64,000 nt of DNA from Candidatus Omnitrophota bacterium (GTDB taxonomy: Bacteria; Omnitrophota; Gorgyraeia; Zapsychrales; JANLHA01). A model generated the notes under the pieces. The model was not told the DNA's origin. It saw only the letters and a program-made list of their open reading frames with translations, and made no database searches. Both the position numbers and the translations under genes were made by a program. The stretch lies in the NCBI GenBank assembly GCA_020632535.1, contig JACKFJ010000005.1, forward strand, positions 200 through 64,199. Reading direction: 5' to 3'. The first letter of the stretch is position 1. The number at the start of each line of letters is the position of its first letter. Positions 29,034-36,769 of this stretch are shown here, one piece after another.

Positions 29034-29705
29034 TTAACGAATATTACGGTATAACTGCCCAAGATATTTTGGTGAAATACCGACAAAGAAACAAAAAGTT
29101 AGAAACCAATTTAACAACATTGTTTTTAACACCCCACCATGTTCCCATCGCCGCGGCAAAACAATTGCAGAATTTTGAAGAACTATCGTTCTTCCTAATC
29201 GTCGTAATTTTTTAGAAAAAATCACATCTTCAAATAAAGAAACCGCTTGAAAACCGCCAATCTGTTCAAAAATATCCCGCCGAACAAAAATAGCCTGATC
29301 GCCATAAAAAATCTTGAATAATTTTGCCCGTAAAGTTCCGGACATTTCAATACAACGATACAACCATTTGTTCGAATCAATTTTATGAGTAAAGCACCCC
29401 CCAACATGATTCAGTGAAACCTGCTTCTCTACGGCTTGCAGTCCTTTGGTATCAATCACGCAATCCGCATGCAAAAAAAGGAAGATATTCCCTTTCGCGG
29501 CAGCAGCCCCGGCATTCATTTGCAATGCTCTTCCCCGCGGGGAAATCATCGTTTTAACAGGAAATTTATGAACAATCTCCAATGTTCTATCATGACTCTG
29601 ACTATCAATAACAATGACTTCAATTGCATCCCCATACGGCAATGAAACCAGCGTTCTCTCGATCGCCCTTTCTTCATTTAAAACAGGAATAATAACAGAA
29701 ATCAC
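29034..29705 (-). CDS. family 2 glycosyltransferase (rSAM/selenodomain-associated transferase 2 type)
   Basis: ISVIIPVLNEE near the N-terminus, VIVIDSQSHDRT and FLHAD. The preferred GTG start at 29705 overlaps the radical-SAM stop as GTGA. The ORF track extends it to 29756. Confidence 0.8.
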   Translation of the reverse strand: MISVIIPVLNEERAIERTLVSLPYGDAIEVIVIDSQSHDRTLEIVHKFPVKTMISPRGRALQMNAGAAAAKGNIFLFLHADCVIDTKGLQAVEKQVSLNHVGGCFTHKIDSNKWLYRCIEMSGTLRAKLFKIFYGDQAIFVRRDIFEQIGGFQAVSLFEDVIFSKKLRRLGRTIVLQNSAIVLPRRWEHGGVLKTMLLNWFLTFCFFVGISPKYLGQLYRNIR

Positions 29706-30658
29706 CGCAAGGCTCCTTGACAGCTTGATCCCGCTCCGGCGGTGCAACCAAAACAATGATTGGCTGTTCTAACTTGCCAATTCTCCAAGTCTTTCTTTGT
29801 AACATCAAAAACCGTAAACGGTTTACGATTGCCCATTCCCATTCCCAACATTTGATTAAAATCACAGTCAAATAATTTCCCGTCCCAGCTAACGTTCAAA
29901 GTATTGCGACACATCAAGCCGTCTAACGTGTGAGGATTAAAATTATTAATCAATAATTCCATGTAACTCTCAAGCTGATTAAAAGCCTTGAGATATTTGG
30001 CATAACGAGTGATAGGCATATTGGTAATGGTGTAAAGTTTATGGAAGGCAATACCAAAATCATTTTTTAACCGTTGTTTATAATCATTTTCCAATTGTTC
30101 CTGTGCTGGCGGCAAATGTGCTCCGACGGGATTATAAACGAGATTTAAATTCAACTCTTCATCCGGCAGCCCATAACCTAAGTTGTTTAACTTTTGTAAT
30201 GCTTTTACAGATTTACTAAACGTCCCATTGCCTCGCTGTTGATCGACATTATTCTCGGAATAACAGGGTAATGATGCAATAATCTCAACGTGATGTTGTG
30301 CAAGAAAATCCCCTAAGCCTTCCATGCCTTTTTCAAAAAGTATCGTCAAATTGCAGCGATCAATAATGTGAATGTCTCTCGTAAAAGCTTCAGCAACCAA
30401 GTACCGAAAATGAGGATTCATCTCGGGCGCGCCACCTGTTAAATCTAAAGTCTGGGGTTTCAAATCATCCATCAAAGCGACAATCGCTTCCGCTGTTTTC
30501 CAATTCATGTTTTCTTTTGTTTTGGTCGGCCCAGCCTCCACATGACAATGCGAGCATGTCAAATTACACAATTTGCCGACATTAACCTGAAGAATCTCGA
30601 TCGATGATTTTCTCAAATCATAAAAATGCTCAACCAATTTTGCTTGAAAACGATTCAT
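29702..30658 (-). CDS. arsS: radical SAM/Cys-rich domain protein (ArsS-type)
   Basis: CNLTCSHCH (Cx3Cx2C) near the N-terminus and the C-terminal Cys-rich tail HCFGCTAGAGSSCQGAL, which is characteristic of the radical SAM/Cys-rich (seleno)protein family. Here it is the Cys (TGT) version. Confidence 0.8.
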   Translation of the reverse strand: MNRFQAKLVEHFYDLRKSSIEILQVNVGKLCNLTCSHCHVEAGPTKTKENMNWKTAEAIVALMDDLKPQTLDLTGGAPEMNPHFRYLVAEAFTRDIHIIDRCNLTILFEKGMEGLGDFLAQHHVEIIASLPCYSENNVDQQRGNGTFSKSVKALQKLNNLGYGLPDEELNLNLVYNPVGAHLPPAQEQLENDYKQRLKNDFGIAFHKLYTITNMPITRYAKYLKAFNQLESYMELLINNFNPHTLDGLMCRNTLNVSWDGKLFDCDFNQMLGMGMGNRKPFTVFDVTKKDLENWQVRTANHCFGCTAGAGSSCQGALR

Positions 30659-31257
30659 GATGCTCCCGTAAGTTTGATTTCATCTAAATCTTCTAATATC
30701 GACAATGCTTTACATTTTAATCGCAAATTCTTTATGGCTTGATACGTCTGTGACAAAACTTCACTCGTGCTCCAATTGATCCCGACAAATAATTGAGACT
30801 GCTTTGAAGTCAATCCAATTAAATAATATCCTCCATCTTTAGCCGGCCCGACAACCACATCTGCGTCTTTGAGTACTATAAGACTTTGTTTAACAATTGC
30901 TGTCGTCAAATTCAAAGTATCACTCCCGCACACAACAACTCGCTTATAATCCCGCTCAAATGCCCAATCAAAAGCATTTATCAAGCGATCACCCAACCCC
31001 AAACCACTCTGAGGGATATATTGATCGGCATCTGGAAACCATTGCCGCACCTTATCATGAACCTCCGGTGGATCAAAAACAACAATCAAATTAGCCTCTC
31101 GACATTCTCGAAGAACAGAATAATTCTGCTCAGCCAATTGTTGATATAAACGTGCTGCTTTTTGATCGCCAATTGTTTTTGCTAAACGCGTCTTGACCTT
31201 ACCGGGAACTGGGTATTTAACAAAAAGCAACATCGCTTGCCTCATGTTATCTTTCAT
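30655..31257 (-). CDS. DUF2064 nucleotidyltransferase-like protein (rSAM/selenodomain-associated transferase 1 type)
   Basis: LLFVKYPVPGKVKTRLA motif. ATG at 31257 has a GGAG SD. Its stop overlaps the radical-SAM ATG as ATGA (30655..30658). Confidence 0.75.
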   Translation of the reverse strand: MKDNMRQAMLLFVKYPVPGKVKTRLAKTIGDQKAARLYQQLAEQNYSVLRECREANLIVVFDPPEVHDKVRQWFPDADQYIPQSGLGLGDRLINAFDWAFERDYKRVVVCGSDTLNLTTAIVKQSLIVLKDADVVVGPAKDGGYYLIGLTSKQSQLFVGINWSTSEVLSQTYQAIKNLRLKCKALSILEDLDEIKLTGAS

Positions 31258-31380
31258 GAAAACTCCAATCAGATCAAACCTATTAATCAATATGTCAGAT
31301 AGGTATTAGTCTTTGTAAAATCCAAATCCTTACAAAGTTCTTAGTTATATAAATGGACCAACATCAACCGAGGAGTATTT

Positions 31381-33195
31381 TTAATTGGAAGAATTTTGTG
31401 GGTCATCCCCGGAATTGCCATCCGAGAGCGCGAAAACCGTATCGCCTTTTTTAACTTGGAATTTTTCGTCAACTGTAAAAATCTTTAGAACCTTTTTTTC
31501 ATTAACAGAAAAAAGGACATTGATTCCCTTGCCATAGCGCCGTGAAAAACTTTCTTCATTTAAGTCTTCAGTTACGACAATAGTCTTGAAAGCATCTTTA
31601 CGTCTAAATTGCTCTACCAAAACATCATGGCCGGAAGCCCGATTAAAAATATACCTGCCACGCAACGAAGGCGGGATGACCATATCCTGACTTTGTATCT
31701 TCCGTCCGGGGAAAAGCTGATAAACTTCAGAGCGACCAAAAATATCACGAAAATGCAAAACTGCCAACGAATTCGCTTCATCATTTGCCGTGAGCGTCAT
31801 CAAACGTCCGATTCCGCTAAAATCAATATTTTCTTCAATATCCTGATTAAAAATATTTTCCTCATACGCTTCCAAATTATCTTCACGCGCTAACGCAATA
31901 TTGATCGCGTTGGAATCAATTAAAATGACTTTAATTCCCACATCTCGCAAACACTTTGCAAACTTTCGCGCCCAACTATGCGCCCCAAGAATTAAAACAC
32001 CCTGTGGATGACTTTGCGCGAGACCAAGCTTCGTGGCAACCCACAAAGATGTTGTTCCATAAATCAAAACTGTTCCAATAATAACTAAAAAGGTCACCGG
32101 AACTAAATATTCTGCCTGCGGAATTCCTTTCTCAGCTAAGCGAAACGCAAAAATCGAAACAATCGCCGCAGCAACAATCCCTCGAGGCGCCATCCACGAA
32201 ATAAACAACTTTTCCCGAGTGCTAAGACCACTTTTTATTGTGGATATAAAAACAGATAATGGCCGCGCAATCAAAACCAGAACCGCAAGAAACGCGATAA
32301 AACGCCAATCCAAGATTGCTAAATCCTTAAGATTCAATCTCGCTGCCAATATAATAAATAGTGTTGAAATAATCAAGATTCCCAAATTTTCTTTAAAACT
32401 CACAATCTGTTGTACTTCAACTTTTCGCTGATTGCCCATAGCAATTCCCATCGCTATAACAGCGAATAAACCGCTTTCATGATGAATAATGTTCGAAAGT
32501 GTAAAAATAGCCACAACCAAAATCAGTGTCACCGTACCGTGCAGAAAATCAGGAATCCAATATTTTCGAAGAGCCAATATGAGCATCCACGCTCCGGCAA
32601 ACCCTAATGCGGATCCAATTAAAATACTTTTAATAAAGAATATAAGCGCGCCTACAGAAAAGATCTCACCAACAACAATATACTCATAAACAAATACCGC
32701 CAAAGCCGCGCCCACCGGATCAATAACAATCCCTTCCCATTTGATAACACTGCCAACTTTTCCCGTCGGACGAACATGACGCAATAACGGAATAATTACA
32801 GTAGGGCCGGTCACAACCAAAATCGACCCTAAAAGCATAGCAATTGTAAGGTTCAAACCGAGTATGTAATGCGCCGCCAGCGTAATTAAAACTCCATTAA
32901 TCAAAACACCAACACTAACCAAATTAAAGACAGCTTTACCTATTTTGGATAATTCGTGCAACCTTAATCCCAATCCACCTTCAAAAAGAATAATCGCAAC
33001 CGAAATTGAAACCAATGGCATTAATAATGGCCCCAAAACTTCATCAGGGCGAATTAAGAGCATAACCGGTCCCGCAATAAATCCTATCGCCAGCAATAAG
33101 ACGATCGAAGGCAATTTAAACCGCCACGCCAGCCACTGCGCGCCAACCCCAGCTACGAGAATACTCGCTATTCCTATAAATAAATCTTGTGACAT
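31381..33195 (-). CDS. cation:proton antiporter (CPA family) with C-terminal RCK (TrkA-N/TrkA-C-like) domains
   Basis: About 400 aa of TM helices, then a Rossmann-like VLILGAHSWARKFAKCLRDVGIKVILID and a C-terminal beta-rich TrkA-C-like segment (FKTIVVTEDLNE..KKGDTVFAL). Confidence 0.85.
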   Translation of the reverse strand: MSQDLFIGIASILVAGVGAQWLAWRFKLPSIVLLLAIGFIAGPVMLLIRPDEVLGPLLMPLVSISVAIILFEGGLGLRLHELSKIGKAVFNLVSVGVLINGVLITLAAHYILGLNLTIAMLLGSILVVTGPTVIIPLLRHVRPTGKVGSVIKWEGIVIDPVGAALAVFVYEYIVVGEIFSVGALIFFIKSILIGSALGFAGAWMLILALRKYWIPDFLHGTVTLILVVAIFTLSNIIHHESGLFAVIAMGIAMGNQRKVEVQQIVSFKENLGILIISTLFIILAARLNLKDLAILDWRFIAFLAVLVLIARPLSVFISTIKSGLSTREKLFISWMAPRGIVAAAIVSIFAFRLAEKGIPQAEYLVPVTFLVIIGTVLIYGTTSLWVATKLGLAQSHPQGVLILGAHSWARKFAKCLRDVGIKVILIDSNAINIALAREDNLEAYEENIFNQDIEENIDFSGIGRLMTLTANDEANSLAVLHFRDIFGRSEVYQLFPGRKIQSQDMVIPPSLRGRYIFNRASGHDVLVEQFRRKDAFKTIVVTEDLNEESFSRRYGKGINVLFSVNEKKVLKIFTVDEKFQVKKGDTVFALSDGNSGDDPQNSSN

Positions 33196-33256
33196 ATGAT
33201 CCTTTGTTTTTAAAAATTAATGTTTTTCCAAAATTAAAATTGGCTCTGCCCTGCTA

Positions 33257-35509
33257 CTAATTTTCTCTTAACTGAAAGATTGCATCAAAATCAATCTTCT
33301 CCGAAGTTAAAACAATTCCTAAAGCAGGAAATCCCGATGTATTTTCCATTAATGTTTTATAATATTTACTATATTCCTCCGTCGTCTCTTCAAATTCTGG
33401 TGGTTTCATCCCAACAAAAACAAATCTCGCATCATGCGAAGATTCACGCATTAACGCGAAAGAATTCGGATACTTTGGATCCTTAATAACAATCTCAATC
33501 TCGGCATCAATATTTTCCTTATTAACAAAATCTTCAAAATGTTTAACCTGCTCTGCTTCCTCTTCCTGATTATTAACAATTGTTTTGATAACCAACTTTG
33601 AACCAGCCCATTCTGGGCTTGTTTTTAAAAGATACGCCAATGCTAACATCAATCCCGCGTTCTCACCAACCCGGCGAAACCACAAATCAATTTGCTGAGT
33701 ATTTTGCCAATCAAACTTGTCTCCCGGACGTGATCCCTCCCGAACAATAATCAAGTTACGACGACTTTTATACATTGTCATGATTAAATGAACATAATGT
33801 TGAATATTTTCCTGTTCTTCCTCATCACCGAGCAAAACGGTATTGGGAACCAAAGCACCAAATCCATATGATTGAACTAATTCTTTTGCGCCGTCAAAAA
33901 CATCATCCGCCTCAATAATCTTTACAATAGACGGAACCGAACGATCCGTCAAATATTGCCGAACTGATTTTTGTAAATTTGCAATCCGATCAGGATCAGC
34001 TGTTTCTTTCGCAAGAACCACCGCGACAGTCAAAAAACCTTTCCCATGTGAAATCGCATCTGCTAAAGCAATTAAATACCATCGTTTTTCTGGTGCTCCG
34101 CTTAATACCAAAATATTGGGTCGCCATGTTTTAGCATGAGGCGGCCGACTTTCCAATTTGTAAAGGGCATGTCGAATTAACATCATCCAAATTCCATGGC
34201 GCATATCGCCCCAATAGGCATTCAAACGACGACGTTTCACTAAAGTATAAACCCCTACGGAAATAATCGTCGCAATAAATGTCGCGCCCGAATTAATCAT
34301 CAACATCACAATAATACATCCAACAAATCCTATGAAAGGCAATACCCAATGAACTCTAAACTTTGGTCGCCACGAAGGATTATTGATGAGTCCTTCTAAA
34401 GCCGCGGATAAATTTAACAACCCATATGAAGTTAAAAAGAACATCGTTAAAAGCGTTGCAATCGCGTTAAAATTTCCAAAAACAATTCCCGCCAAAGCAA
34501 TACAAAACGAAAATGCGGTCGCAATCAAAGGATCATTCTTACGACCAAAGCCCTTGCCAATCCAATTGGGAATAACCCTATCTTTTGCCAAAGCTTGCAA
34601 AGTCCGTGGAGCTCCCAGCAATGCTCCCAAAGCACTTGATAAAGCCGCCCCCCACAAACCATATAAAACGACATTTCCCCATCGCGCGACATCTTTCATG
34701 ATAAAAGAATTCGTCAATAACATTTCTTCGGGTATTTTCTGAACAACGAGAGTAATGGGAATTCCCAAATAAACGACATAACTAAAAAGAATCGCAATGA
34801 GCGTCCCCGCGGGAAGCGATTTTTCCGGATTTTTTAAATCTCCGGACATCGATAGCCCCGCCTCAATTCCCGTCACCGCTGGAAAGAAAACCGCGAAAAC
34901 AACCCAAAAAGATTGTTTTGCCGGAATCGCTGTTTGAATAATATCCGGCAATCCTGTCGGTGTCGGAGCACTCCCCAAAAAGAATGAAAATAAAGATGTA
35001 AAAATTAAAGCAAAAATTAAAAATTGAAATTTTAGAGCCAAATCTGCGGATAAAGACGCCAATAAGGTCATTCCAACTAACGTTGCTGTACCAATAATAA
35101 CCGGAGAATATTGTGGCAAAAGAGGAGCTAAAGATTCCGTAAACCCAGCGATATAAAACGAAATTCCTAATGTTTGCGCAAAAAATAAAGGGACACCAAT
35201 AGCCGCGCCGGCCTCGAGTCCCAAAGATCTTGAAATAATATAATACGCGCCACCGCCGCCAATTCTCATATTCGTTGCTAATTCTGAAACTGAAAGCGCG
35301 GTAATAAAAGTAATGGCCGTCGCGATGGTGATCGTCAAAATCGTTTCAAATAATCCAACGTTTCCCAGAACCCATCCCAAGCGCAAATACATGACAACAC
35401 CCAGAATTGTCAAAACGCTGGGCATAAAAACACCTTGGAAAGTCCCAAAGTTATAACCCTTTTTGACTGGAATTTCCGGGGTAGAAGATTGCATGAGCTC
35501 TTTGTTCAT
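33257..35509 (-). CDS. SLC12-type cation-chloride cotransporter / APC-superfamily permease with large cytoplasmic C-terminal domain
   Basis: GTFQGVFMPSVLTILGVVMYLRLGWVLGN signature, about 12 TM helices and a ~290-aa soluble C-terminal domain. Confidence 0.8.
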   Translation of the reverse strand: MNKELMQSSTPEIPVKKGYNFGTFQGVFMPSVLTILGVVMYLRLGWVLGNVGLFETILTITIATAITFITALSVSELATNMRIGGGGAYYIISRSLGLEAGAAIGVPLFFAQTLGISFYIAGFTESLAPLLPQYSPVIIGTATLVGMTLLASLSADLALKFQFLIFALIFTSLFSFFLGSAPTPTGLPDIIQTAIPAKQSFWVVFAVFFPAVTGIEAGLSMSGDLKNPEKSLPAGTLIAILFSYVVYLGIPITLVVQKIPEEMLLTNSFIMKDVARWGNVVLYGLWGAALSSALGALLGAPRTLQALAKDRVIPNWIGKGFGRKNDPLIATAFSFCIALAGIVFGNFNAIATLLTMFFLTSYGLLNLSAALEGLINNPSWRPKFRVHWVLPFIGFVGCIIVMLMINSGATFIATIISVGVYTLVKRRRLNAYWGDMRHGIWMMLIRHALYKLESRPPHAKTWRPNILVLSGAPEKRWYLIALADAISHGKGFLTVAVVLAKETADPDRIANLQKSVRQYLTDRSVPSIVKIIEADDVFDGAKELVQSYGFGALVPNTVLLGDEEEQENIQHYVHLIMTMYKSRRNLIIVREGSRPGDKFDWQNTQQIDLWFRRVGENAGLMLALAYLLKTSPEWAGSKLVIKTIVNNQEEEAEQVKHFEDFVNKENIDAEIEIVIKDPKYPNSFALMRESSHDARFVFVGMKPPEFEETTEEYSKYYKTLMENTSGFPALGIVLTSEKIDFDAIFQLREN

Positions 35510-35572
35510 ACGCTGGTCAATAGTTTAATACAATTTCTCAAAAACCAGCAATCTTTAAAAAGAATTAATCTA

Positions 35573-36757
35573 CTAAGGACTTTCTGGATGGCTTAATGTG
35601 ACATTCAAATTTGTTGGTTCAATACTTTCCAAATCGATATCTTCCGGAATTCGCAAATTATCCGCATGTAATTTAATATTTTGTTCCATATTCGTTAATT
35701 TTAAATCGAGGTTAACTTTAATATTTTGTACTTTCATTAAATACAGCGCCCTTCGCGTACCTCGCAATGTGATCCTTAATTCATTCGGTTCCAATTTTTG
35801 AACAATCCACGCTCCCGGCAAATTTGGATTTTGAACTGGTATCGTAAAGCTCTTATAAGTCGTTTCCGCTCCAAAAACGAGAACAAACCAAAGCCCAATA
35901 GCAATGATCAGCGCATAAAATTTTTCGCGCGATGTTTTCTTGAAAAGATTTTGCCAAAATGCTTCCAAAGGCTTAGGTTGATTCATTTGGTAAAAATCGT
36001 CGACAATGGCCGTCAAATGATCCGGATCTCGAACTTCTCTAAGTGAACCCTCATGCGCAACTGAAATTGTTCCCTTTTCTTCAGATACAATCAAACACAA
36101 AGCATCGCTGAGTTCCGCAAGCCCCAAACCAGCGGCATGACGAGTCCCATGATTTTTCAAAGCTTTCAAATTCTTAGACAAAGGAAGATGACAAGAAAAT
36201 AGAGTAATTTTATTTCCTTCAATAATCATAGCCCCGTCATGACCAGCAGAATGCGGGTCAAAGAGACTCGCAATCAATTGGGAGCTGATCACGCCATTAA
36301 GAACATGTCCTCCATCTAATTGTCGACCAATGACGTCCTTGCCTTTAATCACAACAAGAGCACCGATCCTCTTTCTCGCTAATTCAAATAAAGTCCTAAC
36401 TAAAACATCTGTTTGTGGAAGAATATATTTTTTGTCGAGTTTGATCCCAAACCTACGGTTGATTCCCCATGCCGCAATTCTCTCAAAAAAACGTCGAATT
36501 TCTTCCTGAAAAATAACAACAAAGGCAATAAAGATCACTCCAAAAAATTTCTCAAAAACCATCGAAATCATGACCAAATTAAATATACGCGCGATCAAAT
36601 ATACGAATAAAGTAATAAAAATACCCTTAAGAATAAAAGCGGCTCGTGTTTTATTAAACCAAATCAATAAAAAATAAATAAGAATCGCCATTAAAACGAT
36701 ATCTAATAAACCATTCCATCCAATTTCTAAAATCCAATTAAAAAAAAGACTCTTCAT
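35573..36757 (-). CDS. cdaA: diadenylate cyclase CdaA fused to a TM helix plus a YbbR-like domain
   Basis: Three N-terminal TM helices, then a DAC domain with HDGAMII and GTRHAAG (canonical GTRHRAA) and VSEEKGTISV. This is followed by a TM (FYALIIAIGLWFVLVF) and one YbbR-like repeat (ELRITLRGTRRAL..VNLDL..NLNVTL). Confidence 0.9.
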   Translation of the reverse strand: MKSLFFNWILEIGWNGLLDIVLMAILIYFLLIWFNKTRAAFILKGIFITLFVYLIARIFNLVMISMVFEKFFGVIFIAFVVIFQEEIRRFFERIAAWGINRRFGIKLDKKYILPQTDVLVRTLFELARKRIGALVVIKGKDVIGRQLDGGHVLNGVISSQLIASLFDPHSAGHDGAMIIEGNKITLFSCHLPLSKNLKALKNHGTRHAAGLGLAELSDALCLIVSEEKGTISVAHEGSLREVRDPDHLTAIVDDFYQMNQPKPLEAFWQNLFKKTSREKFYALIIAIGLWFVLVFGAETTYKSFTIPVQNPNLPGAWIVQKLEPNELRITLRGTRRALYLMKVQNIKVNLDLKLTNMEQNIKLHADNLRIPEDIDLESIEPTNLNVTLSHPESP

Positions 36758-36769
36758 AAATAATCACTC

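Noticed and set aside
29702-29756. An apparent 55-bp overlap between the radical SAM gene and the GT2 gene raised the question of selenocysteine recoding in this (seleno)protein family.
   Set aside because: The family's Sec/Cys position is encoded by TGT (Cys) in ...GSSCQGAL. The overlap disappears if GT2 starts at the in-frame GTG at 29705, which gives the typical M-ISVIIPVLNEE N-terminus and a GTGA stop/start junction. No in-frame TGA needs read-through.
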